64,000 nucleotides of DNA, taken from positions 5,132-69,131 of the forward strand of contig CAZYVS010000001.1 in NCBI GenBank assembly GCA_964651655.1. The letters are read 5' to 3'. Positions 20,052-29,053 of the stretch are shown piece by piece. Numbering within the stretch: the first letter of the stretch is position 1; every line of letters starts with the position of its first letter. A program made the translations under genes and the position numbers. Below the pieces are notes generated by a model. It saw only the letters and a list, made by a program, of their open reading frames with translations, was not told the DNA's origin and searched no databases. Origin of the DNA: an uncultured Candidatus Saccharibacteria bacterium. GTDB taxonomy: Bacteria > Patescibacteriota > Minisyncoccia > Phycocordibacterales > Zambryskibacteraceae.

Positions 20052-20882
20052 CTATCTTCGAACGCGAACGATATTGGTATTCACTGTGTTTGATACACCT
20101 GAATAGGCACTCGCGTTGCCGGTAACGACCGTGCCACCGTTGCCACCGTTAGCGGTACTGTTAGCATCACCACCATTTTTGGTTTTGGCCTTGCTCTTGG
20201 CATTGCCGCCTTGAGAGGCATTGTTGCCAGTTGAAGCCGAAGTGCTGACATTGTTGATGACAGTGGTGTTCTTGTTCTTGATGTCCACGTGAACATCACC
20301 GCCACAACATTTAGGCGGACAAGTCTTGACTTCAAATTTATATAAGAGTCCAGCTGGATTTGTACTTACGTTGTAAGTACCGACATTTTTTACTTCAATC
20401 CGTAGCGTATGATTCCCCGGTGTTACATTTGCCGTGAGATTATAAGGATCCTGTGTGGCGAGTGTGAAGTTCACGCTATTTATATCTCCCGCAACCGGCA
20501 CACCATCAATGAAGACCTCGTAGCTATTATCGGTGGCAATATCTAACTGCGCGGACAGTACCGTGCCAGAGACTGTAAAGTTCTGTTCGAACGCCACTAC
20601 TTCATTAGCCGCAGTCGCGCCGGATTTCCAAATCCAAGTCGCTCCCGGAATTGATGCCGTCCAAGCCGGGTGAACAGCCACCGCTGCTGGACTGCCTCCT
20701 ACAACAGTCGTGGTCAAGTCACTCACAGAAGTTTCAGTGACTGGGTTTGTGCATTCACAGGGAGGTGGAACAGGGTCGGCAAAAGCTGTTTTAATACCGA
20801 CTAGCAACATGGCGGACATGGCAATGATCGCCGCCATAATAATTATTTTGTGTAAATAATTATTTGTTTTATATGAATCCAT
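20052..20882 (-). CDS. small secreted repeat protein (276 aa), paralog of the same module family
   Basis: TM/signal. Cys-containing Ig-like middle region. C-terminal 'ASTGNNASQGGNAKSKAKTKNGGDANSTANGGNGGTVVTGNASAYSGVSNTVNTNIVRVRR' is nearly the same module and the same terminal RVRR as 19268..19858. Confidence 0.55.
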   Translation of the reverse strand: MDSYKTNNYLHKIIIMAAIIAMSAMLLVGIKTAFADPVPPPCECTNPVTETSVSDLTTTVVGGSPAAVAVHPAWTASIPGATWIWKSGATAANEVVAFEQNFTVSGTVLSAQLDIATDNSYEVFIDGVPVAGDINSVNFTLATQDPYNLTANVTPGNHTLRIEVKNVGTYNVSTNPAGLLYKFEVKTCPPKCCGGDVHVDIKNKNTTVINNVSTSASTGNNASQGGNAKSKAKTKNGGDANSTANGGNGGTVVTGNASAYSGVSNTVNTNIVRVRR

Positions 20883-20939
20883 ATTTTTAAGTTTATTAAT
20901 TATTAATTTTTATGATTATTAATATCTACATACGCAAAA

Positions 20940-20962
20940 GCCACACGAGAAAACCGTGTGGC
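20940..20962. terminator. hairpin with T-run (terminator-like)
   Basis: GCCACACG-agaaaac-CGTGTGGC followed by TTTTATTT on the + strand. Lies between mini-gene units. Confidence 0.35.
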
Positions 20963-21168
20963 TTTTATTTCTAACTTTTCTTTTGTGTGGGAAACTCGTT
21001 GCATATCGCAAACTCACATATCTTCCGGTTTCCCCTCGAAAGATATCGTCTCTGAATACCCCTGTATTTTATATTCAACCGTTTCCCTGTGTCAAACCTA
21101 CTTATCCACATTACGGACATCAGATTTTCATAATTGCGATATAATAGAAATGACTTAATTCTGTAAAG

Positions 21169-21248
21169 AAAAACTCCCAGAAGGGACGCTAGATGGGAAA
21201 CTGACCCCTTTCAGGGTAAGTAATCTAACGTCCCTTCTGGGAGTTTTT
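21169..21248. repeat. 80-nt structured element: 20-bp perfect inverted repeat with 40-nt internal hairpin-containing spacer
   Basis: AAAAACTCCCAGAAGGGACG ... CGTCCCTTCTGGGAGTTTTT. The spacer contains CTAGAT/ATCTAA and an ACCC-CTTTCA-GGGT inner stem. Located in an approximately 600-bp non-coding stretch. Confidence 0.5.
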
Positions 21249-21436
21249 GCATATATAATTCGTATGTATTTGGAAAGGGCTGATTTTTCTGTCAGAAGAA
21301 TACACTTATGACCTTTAGATGTCAAGGACTTTTCCAATCTGCATATTTTGACCCTTCAAAAATAACTCTGCATAATTTAAAAATAATCTGTCCTTTATCT
21401 TCTTACCCATACCCCCACACAAGACTTTTATAAAAA

Positions 21437-21466
21437 CGAAACGGGGGCGCGATTGGCCCCCGTTCG
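21437..21466 (-). terminator. intrinsic terminator of ORF 21480..21797
   Basis: ACGGGGGC / GCCCCCGT stem, extendable to 12 bp. Followed on the minus strand by TTTCGTTTTTAT. Confidence 0.5.
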
Positions 21467-21479
21467 AACCAGACACCAC

Positions 21480-21797
21480 TCATGTTCTCTCCCCTCTTTG
21501 GTAGAGAACGATTAATTTTCCATTTACCTTTCTGGAAATTAACTCGATATCGTTATCCCGAAAGGTCCAATAATTCACTTCCACCATACGAATCTTAGTC
21601 ACAACCCAAAGATCCGCTTTGGTGAAATGAAGTATTGCTACCGCAAGAAAAGGAGCGAGTAGAATGGTCTCACGTTGTTCCGGTTGTTCCGCCTTCATCT
21701 CTTCCTTCAGATCTTGCGGTATTTGAGAAACTTGCGCTGACACTACCGTTATGTCACCAATGGCGAGAAACAAGGCAATTATCACCATTTTTCTCAT
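21480..21797 (-). CDS. hypothetical small secreted protein
   Basis: 105 aa with an N-terminal signal peptide. Has its own downstream terminator. Confidence 0.35.
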   Translation of the reverse strand: MRKMVIIALFLAIGDITVVSAQVSQIPQDLKEEMKAEQPEQRETILLAPFLAVAILHFTKADLWVVTKIRMVEVNYWTFRDNDIELISRKVNGKLIVLYQRGERT

Positions 21798-21874
21798 ATG
21801 ACCTCCTTCCTTCTTTCTACCAATCTAAAACAAATAATACACTCGTATTTTATATTTACCACAAACAAAAAAGA

Positions 21875-21908
21875 GGGCCGAGGGCTGATAATCGCCAGCC
21901 CTCGGCCC
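21875..21908 (-). terminator. intrinsic terminator of ORF 21924..22226
   Basis: 13-bp perfect stem GGGCCGAGGGCTG / CAGCCCTCGGCCC. On the minus strand it is followed by TCTTTTTTGTTTG. Confidence 0.5.
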
Positions 21909-21923
21909 GTTCCCCATCCTCAT

Positions 21924-22226
21924 TCACACCTCCCCGAAATTAAGAGCTAACTGGACATGTACACTCTGTTTGGCGAGCGATTCCTCTTCCAAACAAGAAA
22001 TGTGATATAACCCACCCTTGTGACTTATGGCATTTCTGCCGGTTATGTCCACAAACTTCCGACACCATATGCATGGCGAGCTCTTAATGAAAAGCTCGTA
22101 GCAGTCGGGGTGCATCACCCCAATCGCCACTTCGACATGCCAATCAGACTCATCCACCTCCCTTATACATCTCGCGTAAGCGCAACAAGCCATAATATTA
22201 GCCTCCTTCCATTTTTGCTGAACCAA
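21924..22226 (-). CDS. hypothetical Cys/His-rich small protein
   Basis: 100 aa. Multiple Cys and His ('MACCAYARC', 'HPDCYE', 'CIWCRKF', 'HISC') suggest a metal-binding fold. Confidence 0.35.
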   Translation of the reverse strand: MVQQKWKEANIMACCAYARCIREVDESDWHVEVAIGVMHPDCYELFIKSSPCIWCRKFVDITGRNAISHKGGLYHISCLEEESLAKQSVHVQLALNFGEV

Positions 22227-22323
22227 TTTGAACTAAAATGTCTATTTTCATTATATACTTTATTATATAAAAGATTAAGCGGAGACAATATTGTCTCCGC
22301 TAGACCACCTCCTTTCTAACTCG

Positions 22324-22569
22324 TTAATACACGCTACCGGAGCGTCGCCGGGCCAACCTAGTCTGCGTAGACTTAAAGCGTTGCAGGATATCGCGGCGCC
22401 GGGTAAGCTTAACCTCTGAAATCTCAAGCCGTCTTGTTTCGAGCTTAAAATACCCGTTGTATCCGGAGTATCCTATGTTCGTATTCGGCACCGTTTGTCT
22501 GGCCTCATAAACTTTCCCATCTTTAACAAAAAAGATCTTGCATCCCAAGGGCCAATTCTGACGTTTCAT
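22324..22569 (-). CDS. hypothetical small protein, 'DGKVYE...RRRDILQRF' family, paralog A
   Basis: 81 aa. Strong SD 'GGAGGAAAAATG' and an upstream TATAAT. Shares motifs with ORF 22817..23059. Confidence 0.4.
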   Translation of the reverse strand: MKRQNWPLGCKIFFVKDGKVYEARQTVPNTNIGYSGYNGYFKLETRRLEISEVKLTRRRDILQRFKSTQTRLARRRSGSVY

Positions 22570-22670
22570 TTTTCCTCCGATCTTAACTTAAAAACCAAAA
22601 GTCTATTTTAATTATACACATATTGATTATACAAAAAAGAGACCGGATGGCCTCCGTATTGGATGGGGAA

Positions 22671-22697
22671 CCGAGAACCGGCATTGTCGGTTCTCGG
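22671..22697 (+). terminator. hairpin with T-run on plus strand
   Basis: CCGAGAACCG-gcattgt-CGGTTCTCGG followed by CTCCATTTTTTA. Confidence 0.35.
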
Positions 22698-22816
22698 CTC
22701 CATTTTTTAGGTAGGAAGGGGCTGGGATTCCCCCTGGCAAGGAGGTAGATATGAATCACCTCCTCTCTTAGCAAGTTCCGATACCCATTCCAACACCCAT
22801 GGGGTCGTCCATAAAT

Positions 22817-23059
22817 TCATCGTACCAACTTTCGTCGGTGCTTCCCAACCCCAAAGCGTTGCAGAATATCGCCACGTCTCGCTGGCTTAATCCGTTCTGT
22901 TTTGGGTTGTCTTTCAACTCGAACGGAGAAATCAGTGACACTCCAGTGATATAAAACGGAGAATTTGTGCTCATACACCCTCCCATCTGTTCCCTTACGA
23001 AACTCCTTACAGGGAGATGCCTCACTTTTTTCTTCTTCGTCATCCTTCTCCTCCTTCAC
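22817..23059 (-). CDS. hypothetical small protein, 'DGRVYE...RRGDILQRF' family, paralog B
   Basis: 80 aa. Shares 'DG[KR]VYE' and 'RRxDILQRF' with 22324..22569. The overlapping alternative frame 22768..23043 is not conserved at the paralogous locus. Confidence 0.35.
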   Translation of the reverse strand: MKEEKDDEEEKSEASPCKEFRKGTDGRVYEHKFSVLYHWSVTDFSVRVERQPKTERIKPARRGDILQRFGVGKHRRKLVR

Positions 23060-23261
23060 TTTCTATATTTCCTCCCCTCTTTTTTCCCATTCCACCAGTA
23101 TGCAACATCCAGCCAATACCACTGGATGTTGGCGCGCAGAACCCTCCAGAGCGCTCTCATGTTTCCTCCTCCTTTCCCTATATAATCCTTCATCTACGGC
23201 AGTCTAACCCCATAATACACCTGCACTTTCTTATCTGCTACTAGAGTTGAAGTGGGTTGAT

Positions 23262-23582
23262 TTATTTAACACGCAGACGAGCTGCGATAGCAAAGTGTAT
23301 AAAATATCTCTCAAGGTCTGACAGACTCGTCTTGTATTTGTTCTCTCCCCAAATAATATCGCAGAAAATTTCTCTAGCTCTTCCCACCTCTCGCAACCGA
23401 CCAAGCCATCTTCTATCTCTAAGAGTTAAGTCAAAGAGTTCTAAGGCTCTATTGGCCGCACTGAAAAAACCATTAGAATCCTTACCATCAAGTTTAGCCA
23501 CTCTCCCAACTTCACTACCGATGTTACCCATTTGCTCAATAAGAGAAAATTTGTCCCAACTTTCCTTAAGACTTTCTCGCAT
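23262..23582 (-). CDS. hypothetical all-alpha small protein (possibly MazG-like NTP pyrophosphohydrolase fold)
   Basis: 106 aa. Second gene of a two-gene minus-strand cassette with a 5-bp spacing. 'IEQMGNIGSEVGRVAK' and 'ALELFDLTL' loosely resemble MazG-like EExxE/ExxD helices. Confidence 0.3.
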   Translation of the reverse strand: MRESLKESWDKFSLIEQMGNIGSEVGRVAKLDGKDSNGFFSAANRALELFDLTLRDRRWLGRLREVGRAREIFCDIIWGENKYKTSLSDLERYFIHFAIAARLRVK

Positions 23583-23587
23583 AAAAC

Positions 23588-23953
23588 TTACTGTTTTACT
23601 CTAGTATTTACAATTGATATTATTTTTTTTCGTACGGCTTCATCTTCTACTCCACGGCTAGTATTACCCGAAAGTGGTTTCAGATTTATCATGGAGTCAA
23701 ACTCAATACATTGATTTCCAGTTTTATCAAGATTTAAATTGATACCCCAAGTATTGTCTCTTTTAGAACCCTTCGTTTCAAGTAATAAAGTCTCGAGGTC
23801 AGAGTGGAATTCTCCCCCCAAAGCCATAATTTCCTGTTCTACATCAATGACTGCTTTGATAATAGTGATAAATTGTTCATGAGCGAGAGTTTTGAGCGTT
23901 TCAAGAGTAATGCTATCCTCAACAATTTTAATCCTAGTTTTATCGTTATCCAT
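23588..23953 (-). CDS. hypothetical protein
   Basis: 121 aa. First gene of the two-gene cassette. No recognisable motif. Confidence 0.35.
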   Translation of the reverse strand: MDNDKTRIKIVEDSITLETLKTLAHEQFITIIKAVIDVEQEIMALGGEFHSDLETLLLETKGSKRDNTWGINLNLDKTGNQCIEFDSMINLKPLSGNTSRGVEDEAVRKKIISIVNTRVKQ

Positions 23954-23968
23954 GATTGATATTATACC

Positions 23969-25333
23969 TCACGATTTAAGTATTTTAATTTTCGCGCCAA
24001 TTTTGTTTAATCGCCCCACGATATCCTCATAACCGCGCTTGATGGCATAAACGTTTCGTAAGATTGACTTCCCTTCCGCCCCAAGCATGGCCACCATAAG
24101 CATCACCGCCGGCCGAAGCGCCGGAGGACAAACAATCTGCGCGCCCTTGAGACGAGACGGCCCGTCAACAAAAACGCGATGAGGGTCAGCCAAGCGAACG
24201 GTCGCTCCAAGGCGATTAAGCTCGATAAAGAAAACGGCTCTGTCCTCCCACATCCAATCATGTATCAGCGTGCTACCCTCAGCTTGCGTGGCGATCGGGA
24301 CAAAAAAGGGGAGGTTGTCGGTATTGATGCCCGGGTACGGCTGGGCGTGAATCTTGTCGTGAAGCGCTGTTAATTTGGAAGGTTTGATGATCAGATCAAT
24401 AAGTTTGGTCCGGCCATTGGCGGCTAAATATGTTTTGGATATATCGTAACGCAATCCCATTTTTTCAAGCTTAAGAAGTTCCAGTTTAAGAAAATCAATG
24501 GGCGCTCTTTTAATCACAAGTTTAGAATGGGTCACGATGGCCGCGGTGATAAAAAGCATGGCCTCTATAGGGTCCTCGCTGTTGGAATATTCAATATCCT
24601 TTTTGATATTTGGATTACCCTCTATCACAAGCCTCTTTGTCCCGATACCATCTATTTTTATTCCCAATTTCTGTAAAAAATAACATACCTCAAGCACCAT
24701 ATAATTCTGTTGGGCGAAATCTATAGTGGTTTGCTGCGGCCCGCCTGTCGGCGAGGCAGGCAGAACAGCCGCCCGCAAGATGGCGTTGGTGGTGCCGGTA
24801 TCAGACGCTTCATACATCACCACCTCTTTTTTCGCCCGCCCATTTTGTGTTTGTGAGATGTGGTAGAAGTTTTCCTTGGTTACGATTTTTAACCCCAAAT
24901 CTTCAAGCGCGTAGCGGTGAGCGGCGATAGTTCTCTCTCCCATTTGACAGCCACCGATGTGAGGTAATTTGAAAGATTTTAACCTGTTAGAAAGCGGTCC
25001 GATAAGCATCAGAGCAGAACGAATTTTGCCAGTGGAATGACTGTTGATTTGTGAGATAGAAAAGGTTTTCGGCGGTTCAATGGTGAGAGTATTTTTGTCA
25101 ATCCATACCACTCTGATACTCAAACTCTTGAAAATTTCTATAAATCGGTTGACTTCCTCGATTCGGGGAATATTTTTTAAAGTAGTTTGGCCGCGATTCA
25201 CAAGAGCGGCGGCAAAGAGATGGGTGGCGCCGTTTTTGGAAGCGTTAGTGGTAATAGAACCGGAAAGTTTGTGTCCGCCCTCTATTTCAAAGTCGTCTTT
25301 TTCATCCCGCCAATTAATCGAAGTGGGGGCCAT
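23969..25333 (-). CDS. murA: UDP-N-acetylglucosamine 1-carboxyvinyltransferase
   Basis: 454 aa. 'ITTNASKNGATHLFAAALVNRGQTTLKNIPRIEEVNRFIEIFKSLSI' and 'PHIGGCQMGERTIAAHRYALEDLG' (active-site Cys loop) match the MurA/EPSP-synthase fold. Confidence 0.85.
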   Translation of the reverse strand: MAPTSINWRDEKDDFEIEGGHKLSGSITTNASKNGATHLFAAALVNRGQTTLKNIPRIEEVNRFIEIFKSLSIRVVWIDKNTLTIEPPKTFSISQINSHSTGKIRSALMLIGPLSNRLKSFKLPHIGGCQMGERTIAAHRYALEDLGLKIVTKENFYHISQTQNGRAKKEVVMYEASDTGTTNAILRAAVLPASPTGGPQQTTIDFAQQNYMVLEVCYFLQKLGIKIDGIGTKRLVIEGNPNIKKDIEYSNSEDPIEAMLFITAAIVTHSKLVIKRAPIDFLKLELLKLEKMGLRYDISKTYLAANGRTKLIDLIIKPSKLTALHDKIHAQPYPGINTDNLPFFVPIATQAEGSTLIHDWMWEDRAVFFIELNRLGATVRLADPHRVFVDGPSRLKGAQIVCPPALRPAVMLMVAMLGAEGKSILRNVYAIKRGYEDIVGRLNKIGAKIKILKS

Positions 25334-25375
25334 CGTCCGTACAATATATCATACGGCGGGCAGATTTAAGGAGTC

Positions 25376-25795
25376 TTATGACCGACGCGAACCTTTGAGG
25401 GCCAGTAAGATTAAGACTAGGATGTAAATTAAATGGTCGTCTATCAGAGGATTATTTTCTGGTGGCAGAACGGCCAAATACATCAGGAAGAGCATGACAC
25501 TGCCGGCGACAGCGCCCCAAAAAACAAACCGATTAAATAACAAAGTCAAACCAACGAAGAGAAGTCCCGTCATAAACAGCCAGTCAACAGCCGCCACCCC
25601 GGCCAATCCCTTAAAAAGAGGTTCCAACGGCCCGCGGGTGGCATTCAAGAGAAACCCGGATGTCGGCGAACCTCCGCTCAACCAAGCATTCTCCGATTTG
25701 GTGGCAAATCCGAGCCCTAGTAACTTATCAACAAAAGCCCAAAGAAAAATCAAACCCATCGCCAGACGCAAAACTAACCAAGTGATTTTTTTCAT
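25376..25795 (-). CDS. DoxX-family membrane protein
   Basis: 139 aa with four TM helices. 'LRLAMGLIFLWAFVDKL' is the typical DoxX N-terminus. Confidence 0.55.
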   Translation of the reverse strand: MKKITWLVLRLAMGLIFLWAFVDKLLGLGFATKSENAWLSGGSPTSGFLLNATRGPLEPLFKGLAGVAAVDWLFMTGLLFVGLTLLFNRFVFWGAVAGSVMLFLMYLAVLPPENNPLIDDHLIYILVLILLALKGSRRS

Positions 25796-25807
25796 ACCCC
25801 TATCCTA

Positions 25808-26620
25808 TTACTGAACCCAAGTGACGAAGGTGAAAACTTTTTCTCCCCTACCTAAATCACGAACATGGAGCGAGTTTCTGCCTCGCGCGTCTTGTCTGAT
25901 TGCCCTTCCCCAGGCCGACGGATTATCAAGATTAATATCTTGGAGGTCCACTCCGTTAATACCCATAATGCCTGCGAACCTGCCCGGACCGGAAGTTGTT
26001 TGCCCTATGGTAGTGGTACCGTCAAGATGGGCATAAATAGTTTCTATCTGTTCGAAATCGTGCTCGTTGGGATGTTCATTAGAAGGCGGGCCGTCCGGGT
26101 TGCTGGTATAGTCCATGCAACTGCCTAAATTAGCGTTGTCGAAGTTCTCGTCTTGATGGTCAAGACCAAAGTCGTGAGCTATTTCTTGACACATAACCAA
26201 CCTGCGCCAGGCGGGAGTATTATAGGTACTTGTGTTGAAGTAAGTATCATTAACCTTGGAAATAGCTTTGGTAATGTGCAAACCGGAAACCCAAATTTGA
26301 GCGAGACCCAGCCAGCCGGTATTACCATAACGCTCCGAACAAACTTCAATTTGTCCGGTTTTCGCCTTACAAGTGCGCGGCCTGGTGCTGCCGGTAACTT
26401 TCGTTAAATCAAGTATCGAGGATGCGCTCCAATCGCTGATAGCTTCATCTAAATACGAGTCCCACGTAGAAGAAACGTTATCCCCAACCTTTAGGGTAAA
26501 TGGGTTACTCGTCCGCGCCCAGTGATAACCTCCCCATGAATGGTTTGCCGAGGCGGTTGATGGTAAACCGCTGAAAGAAAGCGCTAAAACCGCGAAAATT
26601 GCTATTTTTTTCAACTGCAT
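25808..26620 (-). CDS. secreted zinc metalloprotease (metzincin-type HExxHxxGxxH)
   Basis: Signal peptide. 'CQEIAHDFGLDHQDE' gives HEIAHDFGLDH, the HExxHxxGxxH motif plus Asp. Confidence 0.55.
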   Translation of the reverse strand: MQLKKIAIFAVLALSFSGLPSTASANHSWGGYHWARTSNPFTLKVGDNVSSTWDSYLDEAISDWSASSILDLTKVTGSTRPRTCKAKTGQIEVCSERYGNTGWLGLAQIWVSGLHITKAISKVNDTYFNTSTYNTPAWRRLVMCQEIAHDFGLDHQDENFDNANLGSCMDYTSNPDGPPSNEHPNEHDFEQIETIYAHLDGTTTIGQTTSGPGRFAGIMGINGVDLQDINLDNPSAWGRAIRQDARGRNSLHVRDLGRGEKVFTFVTWVQ

Positions 26621-26836
26621 ATTCGTAATTATTTTAATTGAATCTTAATACTTAATAATATACAGTATACACCATATCTCAATCGGCGCTAGGCTTGGAA
26701 TTAGTCAGTCTCTTTTACCGATTACGTTATTTCTTGCCTATAGGCATAAGATAACGTATTGACATTTATACCAAGCGAACTGGAAGCGGGATGCGGTATA
26801 TAACTTTTTGTTATAACACGTGGTAGAATTAACATT

Positions 26837-27253
26837 ATGTGGATAGGTTATGCCCTTTTATCAGCCGTCTTCGCCGCCGCTGTCGCCATTTTAGGCAAAA
26901 TCGGTTTGAAAAATATTGATTCAACTCTGGCCACCACTATCAGAGCGGCGGTAATGGCAATTTTCCTTCTTGGCGCATCGGTCGTATTGCAAAAATTTTC
27001 ACTCATCAAAACGGTCGGCAGCGAGACTCTGACATTTATCATTTTCTCCGGTGTGGCCGGAGCACTCTCGTGGCTTTTCTATTTTCTAGCGCTTAAGAAC
27101 GGCCCGGCTACCGCCGTCGCCGCCCTTGACAGATTAAGTGTTGTCTTTGTGGTTATCCTGGCCGCAATGTTTCTCGGTGAAGCTCTGACTCTGAAATCCG
27201 TCTCCGGCCTAATTTTACTTGTTCTTGGAGCAATCTTGCTGGTTTGGAAGTAA
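26837..27253 (+). CDS. EamA-like / small DMT-superfamily transporter
   Basis: 138 aa with four TM helices and Gly/Ala-rich helix packing typical of single EamA domain proteins. Confidence 0.45.
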   Translation: MWIGYALLSAVFAAAVAILGKIGLKNIDSTLATTIRAAVMAIFLLGASVVLQKFSLIKTVGSETLTFIIFSGVAGALSWLFYFLALKNGPATAVAALDRLSVVFVVILAAMFLGEALTLKSVSGLILLVLGAILLVWK

Positions 27254-27255
27254 TT

Positions 27256-28092
27256 TTAATTTTTCAAATTTTCCTCGAGAAAAATCAATACCTTGGCCCA
27301 GGCATCTTTGGTTTCATTCGGCGCATGATTCACGCCCGACGGATTGGCAAAGGCGTGTCCGACTCCCGGGTAAATATAAATTTCGTTCTTAACACCCAAA
27401 GTGTTGAGGGACGACTCAAAGGAATGCACCGTTTCAACCGGTATTGATTGATCCTGGTCCCCAAAGATGCCGAGCACCGGCCATTTGATAGGTTTAAGTT
27501 TGTCCGTTGCCGTGGCTAGACCACTGCCATAATAGACAACCGTTGCGTCAAGTTTGGCACCGGAAATCGCCAGTTCCACAGACTGCTTTCCGCCAAAACA
27601 CCAACCGAGCGAAGCCACCTTGAGAGCGCCCGCTTGGCGCAGAAAACTTACCGCCGCTTTCAAATTCTCCAAAGCCTTGACTTGATCAAGTTCAGCTGTT
27701 TGAGTTCGCGCTTCGTCCGGAGTGGTCGCCACCTTACCAAAGAGATCCACGGCAAGCACTCTATAACCTTCTTTTGCCAACTCTTTGGCCATATCTTTTA
27801 TCTGGTCATTAAGACCCCACCACTCGTGGATCATTACCACTCCGGGATATTCACCTTCTTTTTCCGGATAAACATAGAATCCTTGCGTGTTAGTAAAATA
27901 GGTAACATCTTCTTCAACGGTCGCTATGCCGTCCTTTGAAAGCATTTCCACATTTTTCATTTCTCCTGTATCTTTTTTCATATAAATTAAGACCGCTACA
28001 CCGACAATAATAATGAGTATTATAATATTTTTTATCATAACTATTATTTTATCATTCCTAACACGGCTTTGAGAGCTGAGGGTAACTCCCAC
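27256..28092 (-). CDS. dienelactone hydrolase family protein (membrane-anchored)
   Basis: N-terminal TM. 'PGVVMIHEWWGLNDQIKDMAKELAKEGYRVLAVDLFGK' and 'LGWCFGG' (nucleophile elbow) match the DLH fold. The true start is probably an internal Met, because of the overlap with the next gene. Confidence 0.65.
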   Translation of the reverse strand: MGVTLSSQSRVRNDKIIVMIKNIIILIIIVGVAVLIYMKKDTGEMKNVEMLSKDGIATVEEDVTYFTNTQGFYVYPEKEGEYPGVVMIHEWWGLNDQIKDMAKELAKEGYRVLAVDLFGKVATTPDEARTQTAELDQVKALENLKAAVSFLRQAGALKVASLGWCFGGKQSVELAISGAKLDATVVYYGSGLATATDKLKPIKWPVLGIFGDQDQSIPVETVHSFESSLNTLGVKNEIYIYPGVGHAFANPSGVNHAPNETKDAWAKVLIFLEENLKN

Positions 28093-28619
28093 ACAGCAGG
28101 GTCTTCTTCGTTGAAATGTCCTTTGTTATGTTCCACAATTATCTTGGCACCAACTCTGTTTTTCCAAGATTCTTGATTTTCCGGTAAAACATATGGGTCA
28201 TTATCTGAAAAAATTGCTACTGCTTTATTGACAGCATTTCGTATCTTGTCATCATTGAGTGGGGTATTCACCCACGGCCCAGCGATTCGTTCTTCCTCCT
28301 CAGTTTCTAGATTACGAAGATTATAAAATCCGGCCACAAAGACAGCTCCACCGATCTTAACACCCTCCGGCAAAGTTTCGAGATATCTAATGATAGTTTG
28401 ACAACCGATACTATGTCCGACAAAAAATGTATTGGAATCAGGCATACCAACTACTTGTTTTAGAAATGATACCCAAGTTTCTATTTTGGGCTCTGCTGTA
28501 TTGGGCATCGCTGGCACAAAAACCTCAAATCCCTTTGCTTCCAGCTCTTTTTTGATCCATGGAAACCACGCCTCATCCGGACGTCCTCCCCAACCGTGTA
28601 CTATAAAAACTCTTTTCAT
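28044..28619 (-). CDS. alpha/beta hydrolase (YdeN / RBBP9-like serine hydrolase)
   Basis: 'RVFIVHGWGGRPDEAWFPW' and 'FVGHSIGCQTI' (GHSxG nucleophile elbow). 191 aa. Confidence 0.6.
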   Translation of the reverse strand: MKRVFIVHGWGGRPDEAWFPWIKKELEAKGFEVFVPAMPNTAEPKIETWVSFLKQVVGMPDSNTFFVGHSIGCQTIIRYLETLPEGVKIGGAVFVAGFYNLRNLETEEEERIAGPWVNTPLNDDKIRNAVNKAVAIFSDNDPYVLPENQESWKNRVGAKIIVEHNKGHFNEEDPAVWELPSALKAVLGMIK

Positions 28620-29053
28620 AAATCTAAGCTCTTCTTATCATAACCATAGTTCTCTTCATCTACCAGATCAATTTTAGTTGTTCGGAGTATATACCAGGAA
28701 TCTCCTTGCAAAATATCTTCATTTTCTTTTGGTTCTGGATAATCCCTTTTGGTTAAATGTTTGATAGCTAGATCATGTCTTGCTCCATCAATCTTTTCTG
28801 CTTTACCGGAAAATTGTATACCTAAATTTGGCTCCTTACTCTTGTTACTCACAGTAATAGTCCCCGCTACCTGACTATTTTCAATCAAAGCCTTCGAGTG
28901 TCGCACATCCGGATCAGACATCCAGTAGATATTTAAATCTTCATCGTAAACATAGACTAGATCGGCTACCCATAAACCACTCTCGTCTTGCGTCGCCAAA
29001 CTCATCAAGTGTCCCTTATCTAAAACTTCTAATATTTTAGTTTTTATATCCAT
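28616..29053 (-). CDS. pyridoxamine 5'-phosphate oxidase-like FMN-binding split-barrel protein
   Basis: 145 aa. 'GHLMSLATQDESGLWVADLVYVYDEDLNIYWMS' pattern is typical of the PNPOx-like family. Confidence 0.55.
   Translation of the reverse strand: MDIKTKILEVLDKGHLMSLATQDESGLWVADLVYVYDEDLNIYWMSDPDVRHSKALIENSQVAGTITVSNKSKEPNLGIQFSGKAEKIDGARHDLAIKHLTKRDYPEPKENEDILQGDSWYILRTTKIDLVDEENYGYDKKSLDL

Noticed and set aside
22768-23043. Alternative 91-aa frame overlapping the DILQRF paralogue B
   Set aside because: The same nucleotide block at paralogue A hits a stop in this frame. Only the DILQRF frame is open at both loci.
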